The notes under the pieces were generated by a model that worked only from the letters and a program-made list of their open reading frames with translations, had not been told where the DNA came from and did no database searches. Below, piece after piece: positions 38,635 through 50,733 of a stretch of 64,000 bases of DNA. Each line of letters opens with the position of its first letter. Position 1 is the stretch's first letter. Both the position numbers and the translations under genes were made by a program. Source of the DNA: Scyliorhinus canicula (lineage: Eukaryota); the NCBI RefSeq assembly GCF_902713615.1, contig NW_024055490.1, positions 715,262-779,261 on the forward strand, given 5' to 3'.

Positions 38635-38715
38635 AGTTTTTGTGCTGGTGTCTGTCACTGTGACTACAGCAGTGGGTCACAGTGCTGTGCACAGCGACAT
38701 CCTCATACAAAAACC
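38635..38715 (+). CDS. IGHD: D1 segment (ACTACAGCAGTGGGT, 38663-38677) with 5' 12-RSS and 3' 22-RSS
   Basis: AGTTTTTGT-12-CACTGTG | D1 | CACAGTG-22-ACAAAAACC. All three forward frames are open (TTAVG, LQQW, YSSG). Confidence 0.95.
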
Positions 38716-39027
38716 TCAGTGAAAGAGTTTGTTCAAATTGGTGATCCGCGCCACAGCAGGATTGTCAATGTCAATGAGTTTATAATAAAACAAAGTTTGG
38801 AAGTAATATTAGTTTGCAAAAAGGTATAAAAATCTTCCACTTTATCACTGTCGACCGACACGCTAAATCTGCACAAAGGGTTTAAAAGTGTTCCGATCCT
38901 CTTTATAAATGTAATGACCAGGACAATCTGAAATAACTCATCCATTCGCTCTTGGAAGAGACAGAGTTAGTTTTTTGGGAGAGCAGTGAAATTAAACCTC
39001 TGTGTTTTACAGTTAACAGTCTGCCGC

Positions 39028-39093
39028 AGTATTTGACACGCTGTGTCTCACTGTGATAACTGGGGCACAGCAGTTACTGTCAATACAAAAAGC
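39028..39093 (+). CDS. IGHD: D2 segment (ATAACTGGGG, 39056-39065) with 12-RSS on both sides
   Basis: AGTATTTGA-12-CACTGTG | D2 | CACAGCA-12-ACAAAAAGC. Confidence 0.92.
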
Positions 39094-39415
39094 CCCTCAG
39101 CACTAATTAACTGAGGCTGGCTCAGTGCTCGCTTTTACAATCCAACTTTATTCACAGTGAAGCGTTATTTATTTCCAGCACTGACAAAATAATAATAATT
39201 AATGTGGAAAATTGGTGGTCGTTATTTAGTCACAGTTGGTGTTTTCAATAACATTTCCATGTCTGTGAAATGTAAAACATTCGGTCATTTATGAAGAGAG
39301 AACGGTATCCACAGATATTAATATAATTTCCTGAAAATTAATCGTGAATTTTCATTGCCATTGGTTTGTGAATATTTAAAATAATGGTGGATTTCTGTCT
39401 ATTTTGTGCAGGTGC

Positions 39416-39502
39416 GGTTATTGTATGGAGCTGCTCAGGGAATGTGACACTGTGACTACTTCGACTACTGGGGACAAGGCACCATGGTGACGGTGACTGC
39501 AG
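39416..39502 (+). CDS. IGHJ: JH segment (39455-39502, YFDYWGQGTMVTVTA) with 5' 23-RSS
   Basis: GGTTATTGT-23-CACTGTG, WGQG motif, phase-1 donor G|GTAAAA at 39503. Confidence 0.96.
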
Positions 39503-42500
39503 GTAAAAACCATTCCGTCATTTACCAACTGTTTTACTTGAGTATTTGTTTTATATTTTTCTGCATTTTCAAAATCCATTCGTTCACTGAAATGTGTTTT
39601 GGTGGATCATGTATTGAGATGTTGTTGCAATGTTTCATTTGATTCTGCTGAAAGGGGGATGTAGAATCCCGCGGTTTCTTGACAGAAATATGCTGCTGAG
39701 GGATTCAGTCCCTCTTTGCTGTGATTTGATGTTTATTTGCTGAGGATACTGTGTGGCTGGGTTACTTTAAATACAAGACGACTGTTTTTATGATGTTTAA
39801 TCTCAGTTCTATCTAATGTCTGCAGTTTGTACCGTCTTCTGCACAAGTGTATGAGATCGATCCCAACATTGACAACATGTGCTAAAGTTTCTGTATTATC
39901 TTATTGAACATGTTCTGCTTACTGAAAGTGCTGATGGTATTATTCAAGTTTTCTGTTTAGTTTACCTGTTCATCTATTTGATGACATGAGGGTTTGGTGC
40001 ATTCTAAATTGAGATGTTCTTGCAATGTTACATGTGATTTTTTTGGAAGTGTTTGTAGAATTGAGCTGCTTCTCCATGATGTTTCACTCCTTCAGTGATG
40101 TGATTTGGTGTTTTCCTGCTGAGGAATGTTTTTGGGTGACTTTGTGTAGAAAAGTTTGTGAAACGGTTTGGCGTGTCAGTATCGTTTCAACTCGGTGACA
40201 CTGAGCGGTTACACGTTTTGTGATTGAATGCAAAGAGTCTACGTGTTTGAAACTGCTTGTCGCACGATTGTAGGAAGAGAACAGGGAGTCTGTTGGTGCA
40301 TCGTGAAAAAAGTGAAAATTGCAGATTAAACTAAACCACGTTTTACGACAAATCCTTTCCGAGCAGAAGTGTTGCTGCAATCAGTTTGCCGTTTGTGCAA
40401 AGTTTAATCTCGGTGGCATCTGATGGTTGCTGCTTGTACCATCAACTGCAATCATTAAAAGCATTTAAATATGTTTGAAAAATGACTCAATATGAAAAAA
40501 TGTGGTAAAGTTTCAATATTTATTTGTTGTTAATATTCCAGTTCCTCGCAATGCTATTGCTGTTATTCCAGATTGCTGTTTAGTTAAATAATTCATAGAT
40601 TTGGCGATGAGCTGGTTTGCTGGATATTGATATTTTCTTGCAATGTTAAGTTTGATCCTGTTCAATGTAGAGTTGAGTTGCTTCTCCATAAACGGGTTTC
40701 ATTGATGTGATTTAGTGTTTTGTTCTGCTGAGGAGATTGTGTATCTGGGTGACTTTAAATGATTCCGATCTGTCAAACGGTTTAGCGTTTCTGCATTGTT
40801 TCTGCATTGTTTAAACTCGGTGATACTGAGCGGTTAAACGTTTTCTGGTTGAATGCAAACAGTCTCCACGTTTGAAAATGCTTGAAGGGCGATTGTCGGG
40901 AGAAAACAGCCAGGATTAAGAAAATAATCGAATAAAGATATATTGATGCATTTTGTAATTTTAACTGATGCTTCCAGATTAAACGAAATAATGACTGAAA
41001 CGCCCATGCAGAACATAGTAACATTTATATAATTCAAACAATTGCAATGCGGTGATACAACTCTATATTAACCAAGGGTTATTTTAGATTAATATAATTC
41101 ATCATTAATCACCTTTCACAATCATGCTGTGTTCTGCACGAGGTTCACATGGCTGGACAGGTTTCTAGGCTGGAAATACTTTGTAGTTCCAGTTATTCTA
41201 TTATTTCAGTGCCGCTGCAACCATATTATACCTTCACTGTAATGCGTAGTTGGATAGCGAGGGAATTATCACTAATCTAACCTGAAACAGTTTTCTGAGA
41301 TGTGGAAGTCGCTGCCAATCAAGGAATTGCTCCCATGGTTTTATTTGTCTTATAGGAAAGTTCAGATTGCATATGGCAAGAGATTGAAAAGTAAAAGCTT
41401 GAATGTCAAACCGATTTATTTATTTACAAAAGGTTAATAGTACCTTTGCATTTTATAATGACATCCTGTCTCCCATAGCTGTGCACTACACACGATAGAA
41501 TTATTGGAAGAACAGATGATAGGAAAGAAAGAATGATTATATCTTAGCTTTCGGCTTAAATTTTATTAAATGCTAAATTCAACAACAAATTCTCCACTCC
41601 ACTTGCTCATGATGGGTCAGTTTTGCAAATGATTAGAATAAATATTACTGAGCTGTTCTCGTTATATTCATTACTTTCTGAAAATAGATGGAGTTTGTGA
41701 TTTCTCAATGTGTTCAGAAAGGCGCATATTTTTCACATTTGTAGGTCGAATAGAGCAATTGGAGTAAAAAAAAATGTGAATATAGTCAATTAAATGTTAA
41801 GATGATTCCATCGAGTAAGTTGGAGTTTACTGTTCAACGTTGTTTGATTGTCAGGTTGTTTTAATTAAACCCCAATTAATTCATAAAGCTCTGGTTAAAA
41901 CAAATTGGGGATTATTGAATGCTATTTTTATTATATTTATTATTATAGTACAGATAATCGAATAAAGAATTAGCTGACAATTAACAATAACTTACAATAC
42001 AATATCAGTGAGAATTAATTCAACATAAATGATCTCCTACAATTGAGTTGTATCCTGGCAATATCTCAAATGTTTTAGAGCATTTTAATAATATCTGAAA
42101 TTAATTGAGGAAACCATACATTTCATTATCCTGCTGTGTGCAGCGAAATTATTTTTCTGATTACATTCTTTTGCCCTGATTCTTTTTCTGATTACATTTA
42201 ATTGTGTTTTTAGATCATATCAGTGGGTGATGTGAATATTTCCTGGTTTGTTTAATTATTGCCCTGTCACTGAGTCTCTGTTCCGTCATTAATCTGCCCT
42301 GAATCTGTAATATTTAATCTGTTCATTTTCAGCAAAACTACTTTTTGCCCAATTATCGAGTTTTGAGACAGACAGACAGAAATAGTTAAGAACCGAATGC
42401 AGTTTTGAAATTAATGTCAGTTTAATTTCAAATAAGTCACTAAATTATTGTTGTCGGAAGTTGGCCATTAGAATCAAACAGTTTCATGAAATTGACAGAT

Positions 42501-42639
42501 TGAACAGATCTATCTGCTGGAACTCGATTGTTGCCATTTATGTCTGTTCAGTTTCTGTGCGCGCGGTCACTGTGCTGGGACCAGGAATCTTCCTGACTGG
42601 TTGTAAATCTTCTACTTCATTTTCCAGTATTTCAGGGAG

Positions 42640-43205
42640 TACAATTTGATCAAGTCCTTCAATAAAACTTGTATCTGTGTGGAATGTGGAAATTGTACTT
42701 GATGTTTGACTAGGCGACTCAGAAAGGGGATTCCAAACCCAGATTGTGACAGTCAGAAAGAATTCAGCAACGTCAGACAGGCTGTAGAAGGAAATTTGGT
42801 TGATTTTGAAGCAGTGATATATTGGTCTTGGGAATTTTCGATGCAGATGCAGATGCAGAGAGCGATTTATTGGGTTACATTCCGTGCTATGGCAGTCCTT
42901 GATCTATTTAACAGGTCAGTGCAGCGGAGAAATCCCTTTGCATTTTATTTTTAATCCTATCCTAGGATTCTGGAGGCGCTGGCAAGGCTAGATTTAATTA
43001 TATATGCCTAAGGGTTCTTGGGAAAGTTTGGATACGAAGCATCCTTGAATAGCTGCAGTCCATGTGGCGGAGGTATATCTGCAATATTGCTAGGGAGGGA
43101 TGTCCAGAATTTTGACTCGGCGACAGTGAAGGATTGGCAGTATATTTCCAAATCAGGATGGTGAGTGTCTTGGAAGGGAACTTGCAGGTTTTGGTGCACC
43201 CATGC
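42640..43205 (-). mobile_element. Decayed LINE fragment in the J-C intron
   Basis: 42960-43205 is homologous to the 3' part of the 23.7-kb and 35.0-kb fragments. Confidence 0.5.
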
Positions 43206-43209
43206 ATCG

Positions 43210-44700
43210 ATACAAACACATACATACTCTCGCTCTCTCACGCGCACTTTCTCTTACATCCTCACACAAACTAATTCTCTCACGCACATAATCACAATAC
43301 TTCTTTCAAACATACACACTGTGCCTCACACGCAATAACACACTCACAATCTCACTCTCAGACACACTGTGATGATCTGTCACTCACGTGCTCTCACTCA
43401 CACACGCTCTATCTCACACGCACTCTCTTTCACCAAATCTCTGATACACCTCGCCTCACTCTCACACCCAATCTCAGACACACAGACCGTCTCTCTCCCT
43501 CACATACATGCATAATCACTCTTCAAACGTAGTATTTTTTTCTTTCAGGCTCTCTCTCACACACATTCCCTCTGATATATACATACACAATATCTCAGAC
43601 GCACAGAAACACGCCAACACATTATTACTCTCTCACTGTCTCGCTCTCACGCACTCTCACACGTGCACCCCGGCACATGCCCTCTCTCTCATGGACACTG
43701 TCTCATTCTCTCTGACAAAAAATCTATTTCTCTCTTTCAGGCATGCGGTATCTCACACTCAAACACATTCTCTCTCTCTCTCTCTCTGACACACACACAC
43801 TCTCTCATCCGCACATTCTTTCTCTCACACACTCCCTCTCTATGGCAGACACACTATCTCAGACACACAGATCTCTCTCTCCCACACACAGCCTCACATC
43901 CATAATCGCTCTTCAAACATAATCATTCTTTCTTTCACACACATAATCTCAAACATACTACTGTATCTCTCTCCCTTTCTCTCACACACACTTCCACAGA
44001 CACACACACGCAACCTGTCACACACATACATTCTCTCACCTGCTCTATCTCAGGCACACTGTGTCACGTGTCTCTCTCACCCACAATCTCTCTCTTTCGC
44101 ACATGCACACTCACACACAAACACACACATACTCACACAAACACTTATTTCTCTCGTGAGCTCCGGGTGCTCTGGCTTCCTCCCACAGTCCAAAGATGTG
44201 CAGGTTAGGTGGATTGGCCATGCTAAATTACCCTTAGTGTCCAAAATTGCCCTTAGTGTTGGGTGGGGTTACTGGGTTCTGGGGATAGGGTGGAGTTGTT
44301 GTCCTTGGGTAGGATCCTCTTTCCAAGAGCCGGTGCAGACTCGATGGGCTGACTGGCCTCCTTCTGCACTGTAAATTCTATGTAAATACTCTATCACACG
44401 TTCTCAGAAACACACAAACGCGCCCCCACATTCTGTCTCTCTCTGACACACGTGGTCTCTCTCTCACTGTCTGAGGTACACACCCACATGCTCTCTAATC
44501 TCTGTCACACACACTCAATCATACACACACTATCTCGAACTCACGCACACAATCTTCCATTTACACACACTTTCACACACATTGCCTCTCTCACACACAC
44601 AAAATCTCACACACACACATCCCCTCACACACACTCACACAGAAAGTCTCCCTTGCAAATTATTTTATTCTCCCTCTAAGACCTATCTCACATACATTCA
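43210..44700 (+). repeat. Degenerate (CA)/(CT) low-complexity tract
   Basis: CACA/CTCT-rich sequence, interrupted by a SINE. Confidence 0.85.
44155..44385 (+). mobile_element. 5'-truncated HE1-type SINE in the J-C intron
   Basis: CTCCGGGTGCTCTGGCTTCCTCCCACAGTCCAAAGATGTGCAGG domain plus CR1-like tail. Confidence 0.8.
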
Positions 44701-44929
44701 CTGCTATCTGACTGTACACAGCCGGTGTTACTGAAAGCTGATTAATGTGGAGAATCAGGACAGGATTGATGGAGAGGAAGAGGAGGAGGAGGGGGTGGTG
44801 GAGCCGAATGGAGGAGCCCCCAGCTCGGCTGTGGACAAGACAAAAGGAAGCTGAGTCTGAGCGGAAAATCAACCAGAGACACATCGTCCTAATGGCTGGG
44901 AGTACCTGTGAATCATCACTCAGCCACGG

Positions 44930-47900
44930 TCACTCTCACTCACTCACTCCCACACCTTCACTCACACATACTCAATCACCCTCACTCACTCACCCTCACT
45001 CACACCCACCCTCATTCACGCACCCTCACTCACATCCTCACACACTAATGCACACTCCCTCACTCACACTCCCTCACTCACGCACCATCACTCACTCATC
45101 CTCACACACTAATGCACACTCCCTCACTCACACACCCTCACTCACTCACCCTCACTCACTCACACACACCTCCTCACTCACCCTCACTCACTCATCCTCA
45201 CACACTAATGCACACTCCCTCACTCACACACCCTCACTCACTCATCCTCACTCACTCACACCCACCCTCACTCACGCACCCTCACTCACTCATCCTCACA
45301 CACTAATGCACACTCCCTCACTCACACAACCTCACTCACCCACCCTGACACACTCACCCACCCCCACTCACCCACCCTCATTCACCAACCCTCACTTATC
45401 CACCCTCACTCACACATCTTCACTCATCCACCCTCACACACACCCTCACTCACACACACACCCTCACTCACACATCTTCACTCACACATACTCACATGCA
45501 CTCGCCACCCTCCTTGAATCTCCCTCACTCTTCCTACACTCCCTCGCCCACCCTCACTCACTCACACACCCTCACTCACTCACACACCCTCACTCACTCA
45601 CACCCTCACTCACTCACACACCTTCACTCACACACCCTCACTCACTCACTCACACACCCTCACTCACACACCCTCACTCACTCACACCCCTCACTCACAC
45701 ACCCTCACTCACACACCCTCCCTCACTCACACCCCTCACTGACCCACCCACCCTCACTCACACACCCTCACTCACTCACACCCCTCACTCATACACCCTC
45801 ACTCACACACCCTCACTCACACATCCTCACTCACTCACACCCCTCACTCAGACCCCCACCCTCACTCACACGCCCTCACTCACTCACACCCCTCACTCAC
45901 ACACCCTCACTCACACAATCTCACTGACCCACCCACCCTCACTCACTCACACCCCTCACTCACACACCCTCACTCACACACCCTCACTCACACACCCTCA
46001 CTCACACATCCTCACTCACTCACACCCCTCACTCACACCCCCACCCTCACTCACACACCCTCACTCACTCACACCCCTCACTCACACACCCTCACTCACA
46101 CACCCTCACTCACTCACACCCCTCACTGACCCACCCACCGTCACTCATCCACCCTCACTCACACACCCTCACTCACTCACACCCCTCACTCACACATCCT
46201 CACTCACACACCCTCACTCACTCACACCCCTCACTGACCCATCCACCCTCACTCATCCACCCTCACTCACACACCCTTACTCACTCACACCCCTCATCAC
46301 ACACCCTCACTCACACACCCTCACTCACTCACACCCCTCACTCACACACCCTCACTCACACACCCTCACTCACTCACACCCCTCACTCGCACACCCTCAC
46401 TCACACACCCTCACTCACTCACACCCCTCACTGACCCACCCACCCTCAGTCATCCACCCTCACTCACACATCCTCACTCACACGCACTCACTCGGACGCA
46501 CTCACAACACTTCCTGAATCTCTCTCACTCACCTAATCTCCCTCGCCCACTCTCACTCACTCACACAGTCTCACTCACACACACTCGCTCATATACCATC
46601 ACTCACTATAACACCCTCACTCACTATAACACCCTCACTCACCATCTCTCTCTCTCACTTATTGACTCACACTTGCTAGCCCAACCTAAATTGCTCACTC
46701 TCATTCACCCGCACTCATTCACACACCCTCACTCCACCTTAGTCACCCACACTGATTCACTCACTCACTCACCCTCATTCACGTACCCTCACTAACCCAC
46801 CCACCCGCACCTACCTACGCTCAGTCACACACCCTCACACACTCACCCTCATTCACTTACCCTCACTCATCCACCCTCATGTACTCACGCTCAGTCACAC
46901 ACCCTCACCCACTCACCCTCATTCACTTACCCTCACACACCCATGCTCACTCACCCTCACTCACACTGTCCTCACTTACTCAGCCCCATTCATTCACCCA
47001 CCCACCCTCACTCTCCTTCATTTTGTAACTTACCTTCACTCAGTCACCCACACTCACTAACACTCTCACTCACCCACTCTCATTCACAAGACCTCACTGA
47101 CGCCCACAATCACTCACCTCACTCACTCACTCTCTCACTCAGTGAACTACCCTAACTCAGCCCCACTCACTCAACATAACACCCACCATCACTCCCCCAT
47201 CCTCTCGCATTCGCCCACCCTGACTCACTACCCTCACTCACACAGCCTCACTCACACACCCTCACTCACACAGCCTCACCCACACACTCTCCCTCACACA
47301 CCCTCACTCACGCACCCTCACTCACACAGCCTCACTCACACAGCCTCACTCACACACCCTCACTCACACACCCTCACTCACACAGCCTCACTCACACAGC
47401 CTCACTCACACAGCCTCACTCACACAGCCTCGCTCACACACTCTCCCTCACACACCGTCACTCACACAGCCTCACTCACACAGCCTCACTCACACACCCT
47501 CACTCACACACCCTCACTCACAGCCTCACTCACACAGCCTCACTCACACACCCTCACTCACACAGCCTCACCCACACACCCTCACTCACGCAGCCTCACT
47601 CACACACCCTCAATCACACACCCTTACACACACACCCTCACTCACACAGCCTCACTCACAGAGCTTCACTCACACACCCTCACTCACACAGCCTCACTCA
47701 CTCACACAGCCTCACTCACACACTGTCACTCACACACCCTCACTCACACACCCTCACTCACACACCCTCACTCACACAGCCTCACTCACACAGCCTCACC
47801 CACACACTCTCCCTCACACACCCTCACTCACACAGCCTCACTCACACACCCTCACTCACACAGCCTCACTCACACACCCTCACTCACACAGCCTCACTCA

Positions 47901-49960
47901 CACACCCTCACTCACACACCCTCAATCACACAGCCTCACTCACACAGCCTCACTCACACAGCCTCACTCACACAGCCTCACTCACACAGCCTCACTCACA
48001 CACCCTCACTCACACACCCTCACTCACACAGCCTCACTCACACAGCCTCACTCACACAGCCTCAACCACGCAGCCTCACCCACACACCCTCCCTCACACA
48101 CCCTCACTCACACACCCTGACTCACACACCCTCACTCACACACCCTCACTCACACACCCTCACTCACCCTCACACACCCTCACTCACACACCCTCACTCA
48201 CACACCCTCACTCACACAGCCTCACTCACACAGCCTCACTCACACAGCCTCACTCACACAGCCTCACTCACACACCCTCACTCACACAGCCTCACTCACA
48301 CAGCCTCACTCACACAGCCTCACTCACACAGCCTCACTCACACACCCTCACTCACACACCCTCACTCACACAGCCTCACTCACACACCCTCAATCACACA
48401 CCCTCACTCACACAGCCTCACTCACACACCCTCACTCACACAGCCTCACTCACACACCCTCACTCACACAGCCTCACTCACACACCCTCAATCACACACC
48501 CTTACACACACACCCTCACTCACACAGCCTGACTCACACAGCCTCACTCACACAGCCTCACTCACACAGCCTCACTCACACACCTGTCACTCACACACCC
48601 TCACTCACACAGCCTCACTCACACACTGTCACTCACACACCCTCACTCACACAGCCTCACTCACACAGCCTCACTCACACAGCCTCACTCACACACCCTC
48701 ACTCACACACCCTCACTCACACACCCTCACTCACACACCCTCACTCACACAGCCTCACTCACACACCCTCACTCACACACCCTCACCCACACAGCCTCAC
48801 TCACACACCGTCACTCACACACCCTCACTCACACACCCTCACGCACACAGCCTCACTCACACACCCTCACTCACACAGCCTCACTCACACAGCCTCACTC
48901 ACACAGCCTCACTCACACAGCCTCACTCACACACCGTCACTCACACACCCTCACTCACACAGCCTCACTCACACAGCCTCACTCACACACCCTCACGCAC
49001 ACAGCCTCACTCACACACCCTTACTCACACAGCCTCACTCACACACCCTCACTCACACACCCTCACTCACACACCTCACTCACACACCCTCACTCACACA
49101 GCCTCACTCACACACCCTCACTCACACAGCCTCACTCACACACCCTCACTCATACAGTCTCCCTCACAAGGCGTCTCTCACGCACCATTTCCCATGCACT
49201 TCCTCTCTCACCCTCACTCACTCATGCACCCACTCTCATTCACTCCCTCATTCTCACCCATCCACACTTATTCTCTCATTCACCCTCACTCACTGAAACA
49301 CTATCACATACTCTCCCTCACTCACCCACCCACACTCATGCTCCGCCGGTCATACACCCTCACTCACCCAAGTTCACCCGCTAATTCTGTTACAAACCTC
49401 GTTCACAGCCACACTCATACAGCCTTAACCACCCTTACATTCACTCTCACTCATTCACCCTCATGCATTGACCTTCACTCATTCACACTCCCCATTTACT
49501 CAGCCGCAGTCTCCAATCCTGCCTCACCCACCCTCACCCACTCACCTACACCACACAACTTCACTCTCAAACTCGCCCTCCAGGCTTCACTCACCCATCC
49601 TCACTTATTTTCCACCTCTCACTCACTGTCCCTCACCCATCATGACTCACTGACCCTCAGTGACACACCCTCACCCAATTACCCTCACTCAGTCAACCCT
49701 CCATTCTCTCCCACTCATCCACACTCTCATATCCTCAATCACCCAACTCACTCACCCACACTCACTCTCCTACCCTCACTCAGTTACTCACTCACCCGCA
49801 CTCACTCTCCTACCCTCACTCAGTTACTCACTCACCCGCACTCACTCTCCTACCCTCACTCAGTTACTCACTCACCCACACTCACTCTCCTACCCTCACT
49901 CAGTTACTCACTCACCCGCACTCACTCTCCTACCCTCACTCAGTTACTCACTCACTCTCC
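44930..49960 (+). repeat. ~5-kb C/A-rich minisatellite complex (CACTCACACACCCT-type, CTCACTCACACAGC-type and 5 x 40-bp sub-arrays)
   Basis: Direct inspection; a 40-bp period is seen at 49761, 49801, 49841, 49881 and 49921. Confidence 0.95.
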
Positions 49961-50733
49961 TCATTCTCTCTTATTCACGGTCCCTAAATCAGCGAGGGAA
50001 TGACTGGAACGGGAGTGAAAGAGAGAACTGGGGCGAGACATGATCACGAGAGGTGCCCACATGTGTCTGTTGGCCCGGGATTTGGGAGAGCCGGAGGATA
50101 GTTCAGACAGTCGGGAGAAAGCGCCGGAGCCGGGAGAAAGCGCCGGAGCCAGGAGAAAGAGCAAGGAGGCAGGGAAAGAGCAGGAAAGGGGGTGGTGGGG
50201 AGGAGGGGGCAAGCACAGAGATGTGGGAGCCAGGGGAGAGATTCTGCGGAAAGCTCAGGGAGCCGTCGCAAAGGACAGAGAGCTGGAAGAAAGCGGAGAG
50301 AGCAGGGGAAAGGTGCCGAGAGTCGGTGGAAGGTGCAGAGAACTGAGAGAATTGCAGTGATCGGGGAGAAACTCAGCAAAGAGTGGGCGATAAGCGGTAA
50401 GATTACGCGCATAATAATGGCAAAAAACTGAAAGAACCGCGGAAAGTACCAGGAACCGGGGCAAAATCCAAAGAACGGGAAAAGTGAAGAGCGCATGGAC
50501 AAAGCAGAACGAGATGGAGGAAAGTGCGGAGAGACAAAGAAAAAGGCAGAGATGTCGGGGAAAGCCGGAGAGCCGTCTAAAAGAGCAGACAGCTGAAAGA
50601 AAGTGAAGGGAGCAGGTGAAAGGTGCAGAGATCCAGCGGAATGGCAGAGAGATGGGGGAACGAACAGAGAGCGCGGGGCGGGGCGCGGGGGGATTGCAGA
50701 CAGCCCGGTCTCAGTGACAGGCGGAATGCTGTT

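Noticed and set aside
39039-39045. Reverse heptamer CGCTGTG inside the D2 5' spacer
   Set aside because: No nonamer at 12 or 22/23 nt from it.
44745-50003. Long His/Thr/Pro/Ser-rich ORFs (590 aa at 44745-46517, 953 aa at 47142-50003)
   Set aside because: They are translations of C/A-rich minisatellite that almost cannot contain stop codons; they are intronic and have no domain structure.
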